Below, one piece after another: positions 19,958 to 28,520 of a stretch of DNA of 64,000 nt. Source of the DNA: Chthonomonadaceae bacterium (lineage in GTDB: Bacteria > Armatimonadota > Chthonomonadetes > Chthonomonadales > Chthonomonadaceae). A program made the translations under genes and the position numbers. The notes below the pieces were generated by a model. That model saw only the letters and a program-made list of their open reading frames with translations, did not search any database and was not told the DNA's origin. How positions within the stretch are numbered: the first letter of the stretch is position 1; the number at the start of each line of letters is the position of its first letter. The stretch covers positions 1-64,000 of the forward strand of contig DASRGZ010000040.1 in NCBI GenBank assembly GCA_035650735.1, read 5' to 3'.

Positions 19958-21559
19958 CTATTCCTCGGCAGCGCTGGCCCGCAACATCTGTTCGGGCACG
20001 TCCCCTGCTTTGCCCGCCGCAGGACGCAGCAGCACCTCAGGAGCCGTACCAGATACGTTGGAAGCCCGCAGCAGGGTCTGCCGCATCTGGCTCTGCTGGG
20101 CGCGGTCCTGCAGGTAGGGCAGGCACTCGATGGCGGCCTCCCGCACCCGCCGCTGCCGCGCTGAATGGGGGACGCTGTTGGCCAGCCGGGCGACGTAGGG
20201 CACGGCGGCGGCATCTCCTACTTGCTCCAGCGCCTTGAGAACGGCAAGGATAAAATCGGCCTGCGCGCGAGCGTAGGACATCTTAAGCATACGGTACAGG
20301 CAGGCCCGCTGCTCGGCGCTGAGCAGCGCGGCGTCGCTGGCCTTCAGGCGCGGCAACAGGCGGGTGAGCGCGTGCATCACGATCGCTCGGATCTCCCCAT
20401 CCGGCCACTCCAGCGCCGCAGCCAGCCGACCGATCCCCTGTACGTCGTCGAGCCTGGCCAGCCGACGCGCGATCTCGGTATGCTTGCGCGTCAGCGTCAG
20501 GCGATACAGTTGCGTCGCAGCGATCAGCAAGCCGGCCCAGATAAGCCCCTGAAGCCAATCGTGTTGCGCCAGGGCCAGGCCGGTTTTCGTGGCCGTGCAG
20601 GGCACAATCACGCCCCAGGCGGCGATCAGAAACCCGATCCGCATTCCCGGCTGCTGCCTGCGGATTTCCTGTTCCAATGCCCGCAGTTGCGCCTCCACAT
20701 GGGCCGACGCTCTCGCCACCTCCGGGGAAACTTCCGCCGCGCCCTGTGCCGCCTCTGCGTCGGAGGATTCGGCGCTCTGTTGCCCGGCAGCCGACGCGGC
20801 GGTCTCGGGCGCGGTTGGCAGGCCGATATCCCCCGCTTCCAGGCGCTCTTCCAGCAGTGCGAGGGACGCGCGGGCCGCAGCACGAACGCGCCGCATCGCA
20901 GCCGTGAAAGCCAACATCTCCGCCAGGCGCTGCATGGAGGGCGGGGCCTGCGCATCACCGATACGCGCCAGCGCCTCAAGGATCGTGGTCACGAACTCCG
21001 GGTTTCTGGCCGCCTGGAGCGGAGTCAACTGGCGATACAGGCAGGCGCGTTGATCCGCCTGCAGCCACCGGACATCCTCCTCCTGGAACTGGGGAAGCAG
21101 GCGATTCAAGAGCAAACGGGCGATGCTCTGCACGCGCTTGTGCGGCCACTCCAGGGCCTCCACGAGCGCCCCAACCCAGCGCTTGTCCATAACAGAGGAA
21201 GCCTGCAGCGCGGCCTGCGCCTGCTCCAGGCTAGTGGTTAGGCCGTGGATCCGCAGGGCCGTCAGGAGCAAAAATGTGCTGCCTGCGCTCCAGGCCCAGT
21301 CTGCGTGCACCAGGCTCAGGCAGGGTGCTACGACAAGCAGGGGCGTCAGAAGCTTCCATAGCCAGACAACCACTCCGCGCCGCATGCGCAGCCGGGAGTG
21401 CGCCAGGATGCGTGCGACAGACTCCACATCCGGGGCCAGGATGGTTTGCGCCGGAGGCCGCTCGCAATGGCCGGCCTCTGCCTGCCCCTGGATAAGCGGC
21501 TGCGCCTGGATCGGCATATCTTCGCGTTCCTCCCGCCCGCTTCGAGAGAAAAATGTCAT
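19958..21559 (-). CDS. Membrane protein with two-fold internal repeat of TM hairpin + HEAT-like domain
   Basis: Repeated G.L..ALEWP...L.RLLP......L...QRACLYR.L...IL.AL..VGD..A unit; triple LLR(A/P) tail. Confidence 0.75.
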   Translation of the reverse strand: MTFFSRSGREEREDMPIQAQPLIQGQAEAGHCERPPAQTILAPDVESVARILAHSRLRMRRGVVVWLWKLLTPLLVVAPCLSLVHADWAWSAGSTFLLLTALRIHGLTTSLEQAQAALQASSVMDKRWVGALVEALEWPHKRVQSIARLLLNRLLPQFQEEDVRWLQADQRACLYRQLTPLQAARNPEFVTTILEALARIGDAQAPPSMQRLAEMLAFTAAMRRVRAAARASLALLEERLEAGDIGLPTAPETAASAAGQQSAESSDAEAAQGAAEVSPEVARASAHVEAQLRALEQEIRRQQPGMRIGFLIAAWGVIVPCTATKTGLALAQHDWLQGLIWAGLLIAATQLYRLTLTRKHTEIARRLARLDDVQGIGRLAAALEWPDGEIRAIVMHALTRLLPRLKASDAALLSAEQRACLYRMLKMSYARAQADFILAVLKALEQVGDAAAVPYVARLANSVPHSARQRRVREAAIECLPYLQDRAQQSQMRQTLLRASNVSGTAPEVLLRPAAGKAGDVPEQMLRASAAEE

Positions 21560-21592
21560 GGCAGAGAGCTTCCTTCTCCTGGTGCCGCTGCC

Positions 21593-23137
21593 TTAATTAT
21601 TGATCCCGGCAACGATATCTCCCACGCTTTCGGCTAAGACCATGTGCCGTTGCGTCTCGCTCGTGGCTTTGGGGTTGTTAATGGGCACGCCGCCATCGTC
21701 CTTGCCGTCCGGGCCAATGCTGTAGAGGAGATAGGCGGCGCCCATGCGCTTATAGCGCAGCGCCGTGTACAGGGCAAAGGGATCCTCCGGCACCTGAGAA
21801 AGGTAGGCCGGCACCAGCGCAGACAGGGTTTGCGGATAGGCGCCGTGCTCAAGGCGATAGGCACGGAGGGCCAGCGCCGTGAGCAGCAGCGCGTTCAGCG
21901 TCTCGCTGTAGGCCGCATCCTGAAAGCGTGCCTGCGTGAACGTCGGGGCCAGCCACCTGTTGATGGGGTCTTCGGGCACTGCCGGGGCAGCGCAGGGGAC
22001 CGCATAGGGCAGCTTGGCGCAGGCAATGGCCTGATCCATATAGCGCATGTAGTTATCCAATATCTGGCGCTTGCTATGCCGCAGCAAGAGCAGATAGCCG
22101 CTGACCTCCTCCACAAGAGACGGATCCTCCTGCCCGGCCTTAGCCCACTGCCGCAACCAGTCAGGATGGCGGAACGCCTCTTGCAGGCCAGCCAGCGTGA
22201 ACCACTTCTCTTCTTTCAGGGTTTCTGCTATGGGGACGTGAAGCCCCCGAATCCTCTCCAGCCGCCGCGCGGTGGCCCGGGCCTGCCCGGCGTTCAGGTG
22301 GTCTATCGCCTTCCAGAGCGGCTTTCGCCCGATAGCCTCACAGGCGATCCCGACGAGCTTCCCGATCAGTATCCCGCCATGGGGGATCTGCTCTCCCATC
22401 TCTATCGCATCCAGATCGCTGCGGACTGCGCCGGCCCAATCCCCGCGCGCAGCTTTCGTCTGCGCCTCCAGCGCCAGCAAGCGCGCTAGAGATCGGTATT
22501 TTGCCAGATGGGGGAAGACGGCATTCAGCGAGCGCGCGGGCGGCTCCTGGTAGGGATAGGCCAGGCCCTGCCGCAGTACCAGAAGCGCGCTGGCGTTCTC
22601 GCGCACTAACGCTTCCTTTTCCGCCAGCGAGTAGATATGATCCTGCGGGCGTTCCGGGCCTTTGTGCGCGCTCTGCGGCTGCTCTACCGCTTTGTCTGCC
22701 TGGGGCCGGCGATTGGACAAGGCAACGCCGATCTGGTCGTCATCGCGCAGGTTCATTCCAGCGGTGCGATAGAAGTCAAAGGCGTTGGGCTTAGGCATGG
22801 TGGGCGTGGGCACCGGGATGTCCGGGTCCGCGTTGACGTACTGCCACCAGGCGTACCCGCCGATGCTGAGAGCGGCGGCAAGGAGGCCCGCAGACAGCGA
22901 CAGACGCCGGAAAGCCCTTCGCCGGACCGGCAGATATTGGCCTTGCGGCACTGAGTCAAGGCCTACTGCCGCCCGCGTGCGCGCGATCCCGTCGGCAGGA
23001 ATCGGCTCTAGCTGCATACGCTCGATGCCCGCGGCAATGGCGGCATCTACGGACTCCGCAGCGCGGCATTCCGGGCACCAGAGACGGTGCCAGGCACTAG
23101 CGGGCCGGGCTCCTGGATGCAAACGCCGACAGTTCAT
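21593..23137 (-). CDS. Putative anti-sigma factor: Zn-finger-like N-terminus, TM, large extracytoplasmic domain ending in a GspG-like module
   Basis: H...CPEC motif, TM, C-terminal ALRAY....G.YP..L..LVP.YL..VP.DPF...YSIGPDG.DDGG; AAGGAGG RBS; overlaps the sigma gene. Confidence 0.65.
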   Translation of the reverse strand: MNCRRLHPGARPASAWHRLWCPECRAAESVDAAIAAGIERMQLEPIPADGIARTRAAVGLDSVPQGQYLPVRRRAFRRLSLSAGLLAAALSIGGYAWWQYVNADPDIPVPTPTMPKPNAFDFYRTAGMNLRDDDQIGVALSNRRPQADKAVEQPQSAHKGPERPQDHIYSLAEKEALVRENASALLVLRQGLAYPYQEPPARSLNAVFPHLAKYRSLARLLALEAQTKAARGDWAGAVRSDLDAIEMGEQIPHGGILIGKLVGIACEAIGRKPLWKAIDHLNAGQARATARRLERIRGLHVPIAETLKEEKWFTLAGLQEAFRHPDWLRQWAKAGQEDPSLVEEVSGYLLLLRHSKRQILDNYMRYMDQAIACAKLPYAVPCAAPAVPEDPINRWLAPTFTQARFQDAAYSETLNALLLTALALRAYRLEHGAYPQTLSALVPAYLSQVPEDPFALYTALRYKRMGAAYLLYSIGPDGKDDGGVPINNPKATSETQRHMVLAESVGDIVAGINN

Positions 23138-23714
23138 GGGAAAGGCCCTCCTTGTTGGGCAGGCTCTGAGGCGTGGGATTGAGGCTCTGGATCGAATCGC
23201 CCTCGGGAGGCTCCTGAAGCAGTTCCCGCAGGCGCTGGCGAGCCGTGAACAGGCGCGATTTGACGGTGCCGGGAGGCAGATTGAGCACCAGGGCGACCTC
23301 CGGCACGGAGAGTTCCTGGACATAGTAGAGCAAGAACGTGTCGCGTAGCTCCGGAGAGAGTTGCCCCAGGGCGCGCGCGAGAAGGATGCCGTCTAACTCG
23401 TGCGCTAACCCCAGGTCGGCCAGCTCCGCGACGGCTTCCAATGGGGTATCCTCTCGCCGGGAGCGCAGCCAGTGCGTGTACTCGTGGTAGGCAATCCGAT
23501 GCAGCCACGTCGCCAGCCTGGCCTCGCCTTTGTAGGTTTCCAGGGCCAGCCACGCCTTAACAAAAGTTTGCTGAGTCAGATCCTGGGCGATCTCGACGTT
23601 GCCGGTGAGATAACGCAGCAGGCGATAGATCCGCGGATAGTGCTGCCGGATCAATCGCTCTCCTGCCCTCTGATCCCCCTGGAGGATCTGCTTGACCCAC
23701 ACGATTTCGTGCAA
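23097..23714 (-). CDS. ECF RNA polymerase sigma factor
   Basis: A.DLTQ.TF.KAW, TWL.RIA, L...EVA..L..P.GTVKSRL..AR. Confidence 0.92.
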   Translation of the reverse strand: MHEIVWVKQILQGDQRAGERLIRQHYPRIYRLLRYLTGNVEIAQDLTQQTFVKAWLALETYKGEARLATWLHRIAYHEYTHWLRSRREDTPLEAVAELADLGLAHELDGILLARALGQLSPELRDTFLLYYVQELSVPEVALVLNLPPGTVKSRLFTARQRLRELLQEPPEGDSIQSLNPTPQSLPNKEGLSHELSAFASRSPAR

Positions 23715-24127
23715 GGGTTTGCCTCCCTTCCGTAGCTTCTATGGATATAGAGCCGCCAGAGCGCCCGTTGGTTCATCCAGGCCCCAATTTACGGCGCTGA
23801 AGATTTGTATACCTTGCTGCCGGAATAGTATCCAGGGGCCTTCCGTAACCGAAATTCGCGGGAACCTAACCCTAGAGCCTATCGTCCTTCTAATGCACGT
23901 GCTAATCCCTGACGAGAAACACGAAGATCGCTAGGGAACCACATTCCGAGAGGACGGTGGTAGCGATGGTGACTCGTGGGTGCTAAACGTGCACCTGAGA
24001 TTAGCAGAGGGCGGTTTCCCTCTCTGCAAAGCCAAGACAAGCCCCGCTGGTGAGTGAGCCATTGCGGGGCTTGTTGCTTTGTCACCCTCCATAAATTTAC
24101 CTCAGTAGAATTCAATCTTGATACAAT

Positions 24128-24144
24128 TTGGTACAAATTATGCA
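24128..24144 (+). promoter_or_regulatory. Possible sigma-54 promoter upstream of the PEP-CTERM gene
   Basis: TTGGTACAAATTATGCA = GG-N10-GC in an AT-rich intergenic region. Confidence 0.35.
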
Positions 24145-24387
24145 ATACCTCCCCTAAACGGAAGCCAGAACTTGCTTTTGTCCTGTTTCTTCGATAGACT
24201 GCCCGGCCCACAAGGGAGAGCAAGGGGCGCCTCCCTGAACGGACAACTGTTCTGCGTCATTGTCTGAAATGAATGGGTGCCTGGCGCACTCCACCTAATT
24301 ACTCCATCCCTGATTACGGCCGCAAGATCACCATATTCTCTAAATATGGCTGCACCCCTGTGCTTTTCTTTAGAAAGGAGCACTGGA

Positions 24388-26097
24388 ATGGCCCGTCTTT
24401 CATGCTGGATCGTTTTGGTTCTGGCCCTCCTCATCGGGTTAGCGCCGGGCGCCGCACAGGCGAAAACCAACGGCAACCCCTTTTTCGTTATGAAAGGCAC
24501 CACGAACGGTGCGACTTTCGAGTACACCTTTGCATTCAAGGACTCGACTGGTAAGATGGAGGAGGTCTCGGGCATCGTTGCCGCCCCGCGTGGCATTACG
24601 GACGAGGGTCTGGCGGACACTATCAAGGACCAGCTCAACGCGAACGACAAAGTCAACAAGGAGTATCATTTCGGCCCAACCTTTAAATCTCCCACGACCG
24701 GCTGGTGGTACGTCTATGGGACCCCCCTACCCGGAAAGAAGCCGACAGCCATCAAAGAGATGATGCAAATCTCGCCGGATGTGATCAATTGCGCATTGGC
24801 CGTCGGGCCGGGGGTGGATCCTCTGCTCGGTACGGCGCAGTGGGATATCTTCAGCGCGAGCGGCCCTGCCGAACCAGGGGAGATCACCCTGGGAGTGGGG
24901 AATAAGCTCATTTCGACACTGACATTTGCCCCAGGCGGCGAGAAAAGCATCTTAACCATCAAGAGGGAACTGGTGAACGGCCTAAAAAGCGCGGGGTTTC
25001 TCGATTCCTATATTGATCCGCTGACAGGGTTCATCACTTCGCTGAATGTGACGACGGGGCAGCCCAATACCAGCGACATCGGCATCACCTTCATGACGAC
25101 GGATTGCGCTCTGGGCGGCTTCGCGCAGTTGACCGTGCCAGAACCCTCTCCTCTGTTGGCGCTCGGCCTCGGCGCTCTGGGCCTGGCCAGCCTTGCCTGG
25201 CGCTGCCGTTGGCGGAAAGCGATCCGGTTCGGCCCGCTGCTCCTGCTCGCGCTGTGCCTGCCTGCAGCGAGGAGCTCCGCAAACACCATCACCGTTGACC
25301 GGATCACCTATGATCGCATGGCGAACAAATACAGTATCAATATTTCGGGCGCGGGCGGGAGTCGAACCATCCACATTTTTCGGGAGGTGCCGCAGGGAGG
25401 GGATGTAGAGGTGACTCCTGCCGGAGCGATGACGACGGTAGACGGCAAGTACAGCCTGGACAATATTAACGGCGGCAAGAGCGGCTACTTCCGAATCGAG
25501 GTGGATCGGCCCGGCGGTGGGAAGGATACCTACAAGGGGATCGTGCGAGGCGACACCGGCAAAAAGATCGAGTCGCAGGAGCAGAAGGAGGCAAGGCGTA
25601 TGGGAATGGAAGAGGTGCGACTGAACGGCCTGCCGTTCGATTTCACCAACTCCGTTTTCGTGCCTGTCGGCACGGATCTGCACGATCAGTTCACGCTGAT
25701 CAACCTTTCGCCGGATACTCCCTACGCCTTCACGTCTCTGATTATCTACCAGGATCTCGATCTGGCTTTCTTCCATCCGGCTAGCTTCGACTCGCCCTCG
25801 GCTATCGCCTCCGGCGTCCTGGCCGAGGATCTGACTGGCGATCCGCTGGGCGTCGCACCCTCAGCGGGGCTGTCCGACCCTACGCTCACCTTCTCGATTG
25901 GTCCGGTGCGACCGGATCGGTACGACTTGCTGGTAGGAACGGCTGCTCCGATCCTACCCGATGGCAGCCTGGGTTCGCCGATTGGGTTCGCCGTCGGGCG
26001 TACGGCGGTCCCCGAGCCGGGCGCGCTTGGGTTGCTGGCAAGCTTAACAGTGCCCGGCGCTATCTTCCTGCTGCGCCGCCGAAATAGGACCTGCTAG
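24388..26097 (+). CDS. Secreted protein with two PEP-CTERM sorting signals (internal and C-terminal)
   Basis: AAGGAG RBS; signal peptide ..AAQA|K; VPEP-TM-basic at 25135; VPEP-TM-RRR at 26008. Confidence 0.85.
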   Translation: MARLSCWIVLVLALLIGLAPGAAQAKTNGNPFFVMKGTTNGATFEYTFAFKDSTGKMEEVSGIVAAPRGITDEGLADTIKDQLNANDKVNKEYHFGPTFKSPTTGWWYVYGTPLPGKKPTAIKEMMQISPDVINCALAVGPGVDPLLGTAQWDIFSASGPAEPGEITLGVGNKLISTLTFAPGGEKSILTIKRELVNGLKSAGFLDSYIDPLTGFITSLNVTTGQPNTSDIGITFMTTDCALGGFAQLTVPEPSPLLALGLGALGLASLAWRCRWRKAIRFGPLLLLALCLPAARSSANTITVDRITYDRMANKYSINISGAGGSRTIHIFREVPQGGDVEVTPAGAMTTVDGKYSLDNINGGKSGYFRIEVDRPGGGKDTYKGIVRGDTGKKIESQEQKEARRMGMEEVRLNGLPFDFTNSVFVPVGTDLHDQFTLINLSPDTPYAFTSLIIYQDLDLAFFHPASFDSPSAIASGVLAEDLTGDPLGVAPSAGLSDPTLTFSIGPVRPDRYDLLVGTAAPILPDGSLGSPIGFAVGRTAVPEPGALGLLASLTVPGAIFLLRRRNRTC

Positions 26098-26229
26098 ATA
26101 CCGTCAGAAGGGTGGCCTGAGAATGTATCCGCCGCATTAAGAGCCCCTAACACAACGTGGCTGTCAGGCTCTCCCCTCACCCCGGCCCTCTCCCTGCAAG
26201 GCAGAGGGAGAACGGGTTTGTTAGGCACT

Positions 26230-26949
26230 CTAAGGCCTGAATTCGCGGGCCAGAGCAAAAAAGTTCTCCAGGATGCGTTTGCCGTCGGAGAACCTCTTTG
26301 GTTCTAATAAATAGTCCTCAGGATGGAACTGCAAGCCATAGAGCGGGCGCTGGCGGTGGCGCATGGCCTGAATGCGGCACTCCGGCGTGGAGGCTAACAG
26401 TTCAAAGTCGGGCGGCAGCGTCTTGACCTCACAGTAGTGGGATTCGTAGCAGAGAGCGGTCGGGCCGAAGCCGGCAAAGAGCGGGTCGCGGCGGGCAGCC
26501 TCCGTAAGCTCCAGCGTGTAAAAGCCGCGCTCCATGAAGTAGTCGGGGTGGTAGTCTGGATTGGTGACAGGCTCACCGGGGCGCAGGCGGCGCATCGGCT
26601 CATCAAAGAGGCGCTCGACGCGGCAGAGGTCCTGATTAAAGACAAAGCCCAGCAGCTGGTGGCTGCCGCAGAGGGCCAGCGTGGGCGTGCGCGTGGACTG
26701 TACCCAATCGGCCACGCCCAGGAAGTTTCGCACCTCATACTGCTCGAAGGAGCGCGCAAAGCCGCTCATCACGACCGCCTCTGGCTCCAGATGGGCCAGC
26801 ATCTCCGGCGACGTGTGGTAGTAGGGCAGAACCAGGCACGGCACGCCGCCGCTCGCCGCCTCAAACCGCTGCGCGTGCCGCGCGTAGGTTCCCGCCCAAT
26901 TCTGCCACTCGTCTGGCTGGGCGAATCCGATATAGACAGTGATCCGCAT
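26230..26949 (-). CDS. Class I glutamine amidotransferase (GMP synthase GATase-like)
   Basis: LALCGSHQ nucleophile elbow, ESH..EV, QFHPE. Confidence 0.85.
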   Translation of the reverse strand: MRITVYIGFAQPDEWQNWAGTYARHAQRFEAASGGVPCLVLPYYHTSPEMLAHLEPEAVVMSGFARSFEQYEVRNFLGVADWVQSTRTPTLALCGSHQLLGFVFNQDLCRVERLFDEPMRRLRPGEPVTNPDYHPDYFMERGFYTLELTEAARRDPLFAGFGPTALCYESHYCEVKTLPPDFELLASTPECRIQAMRHRQRPLYGLQFHPEDYLLEPKRFSDGKRILENFFALAREFRP

Positions 26950-27020
26950 CGTTTCCTCCAGCAATCGCCAGGAGCCCTCCCGAAAAGGGATCAGTATGGC
27001 CCTCACTCCCGACCCTGACG

Positions 27021-27402
27021 CGGCAGGCTCAACCCTGCCGCTGTGGGGCGCAAAGCGCCCGTCGCCCACCTGCGTGGGCGAGACTCTCTGTCTGCGTAGG
27101 CAGGCCGCAGGCCTCGCCAGGCGGAGGGCTGTCGCTAGGTGTGGCTAGGTGGAGCCGGAGGCCGTAACTCCGGCGACCCCAGCAGTGGGCCGAACCGTTG
27201 TCGGCCCGACCCCGGCAGTCCATTACTGGGCTGACCCGAGCGATCAGCGGACGGCTTGATAAAAAATGTATTCTGTCCGCGCAGGTGTCGCAAGGCGGAG
27301 GGCCGAATTATTGCAGGCCCGACCCTGGCAGTCAGCATGACCTCTGCCCACCTACGTGGGCAGCGGGCCGCAGGCCCCACAGCGGCAGGGTTTAGCCTGC
27401 CG
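27021..27402. repeat. Family D element expanded by nested micro-elements
   Basis: D inverted ends enclosing a triple nest 27113-27245 and a single copy 27287-27332. Confidence 0.8.
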
Positions 27403-27431
27403 GGACAGGGGGTGTGGGCCTCTTCCTCTCT

Positions 27432-28289
27432 TTAGATTCCGGCCTGCCGGAAGATCTTATCCATCGCCTGGCCGACCAGTTGCAGGCGGTCTTCGTCCGT
27501 CGGCAGGTCGTTGAGCGAGCGCTTGAACGGCTCGGGCGTGACCGGGCCATCGTAGCCGATGGATTCCAGCGCCTGCAGGAAGCCTACAATATCGATCACG
27601 CCGGTCTCGCCGGGCAGAGCGCGCACGCTGTCAATCTGTTCGTCTACCGGGACGCCTGCCGGGGCGTCGTTGACGTGGACATAGACGACCTGCTCCGGGC
27701 GCAGCGCCCGCAGCTCCTCCAGCGTGCCGTGCGACGTGTACCAGTGCCAGCAGTCGAGCAGCAGGCCGACATTGGGGCCGATCTCCTGGCCCATCTCCAG
27801 CATCGCACCCATCGTATGGATGAAGGGGTATTTCTGGCTCTCGCGCAGGGTTTTCGGGCCGATAAACTCCAGGCCGAGATGACAGCCGTTGTCGGCCAGG
27901 ATGCGGGCGATGGGCTGGAAGCGCTCGATGTGAAAGCGGCGGTTCTCCTCCAGAGGCCGCTCATCGGAACTGGGCATGATCCAGGTCATCGTGCGCGTGC
28001 TGTCAATGGCCGCCGCCGCCTGCGCCAGACGCGGCAGCTCCCCCAGGCCTTTGCGCCAGTTCTCCTCCGTAGTGCGCCAATCCACCGGCAGCGCCCATCC
28101 CGCCGGCCGGATGCCCGCCTCCGCGAACAGAGACCTGACGTAGTCCGCTCCACGCTGCTCGACCAGGTTGGCCACTTCTTGCGCGCCAAACTCCACGCCC
28201 TCAAAGCCGCCCTTTTTGGCGGCGGCAATGGCCTCTTGCAGATTGTTTGTCCGTACCCCGATGGCACCGGGGCTAAGCGCCTTATACAT
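27432..28289 (-). CDS. Sugar phosphate isomerase/epimerase (xylose isomerase-like TIM barrel)
   Basis: GF.GVE, LGLEF, GLLLD.WH, VHVND, R.LPG.TG.ID, GY.GP...E. Confidence 0.88.
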   Translation of the reverse strand: MYKALSPGAIGVRTNNLQEAIAAAKKGGFEGVEFGAQEVANLVEQRGADYVRSLFAEAGIRPAGWALPVDWRTTEENWRKGLGELPRLAQAAAAIDSTRTMTWIMPSSDERPLEENRRFHIERFQPIARILADNGCHLGLEFIGPKTLRESQKYPFIHTMGAMLEMGQEIGPNVGLLLDCWHWYTSHGTLEELRALRPEQVVYVHVNDAPAGVPVDEQIDSVRALPGETGVIDIVGFLQALESIGYDGPVTPEPFKRSLNDLPTDEDRLQLVGQAMDKIFRQAGI

Positions 28290-28326
28290 GCCTCTCTCCT
28301 TCTAAAACCGCCCGGCCAGCCTGACC

Positions 28327-28355
28327 TTGACAAGGCCGGGTTCGGCGTCCATACT
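28327..28355 (+). promoter_or_regulatory. Sigma-70 promoter upstream of mnmE
   Basis: TTGACA-N17-CATACT. Confidence 0.55.
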
Positions 28356-28520
28356 GAATAATCAGAACTGCCCTTGCGATCTCGCCTAGTTCCAGTTCAA
28401 TATACTTTCCAGTAAGCGTAGCCGCGGAATCTACGAGACAGAACTGCGCTTGCGATCTTGGATATTGCAGGGGACAGTTCGGTTTTACGGAGCGGTTCTC
28501 CTGCCGAGGATTTAATTGGA

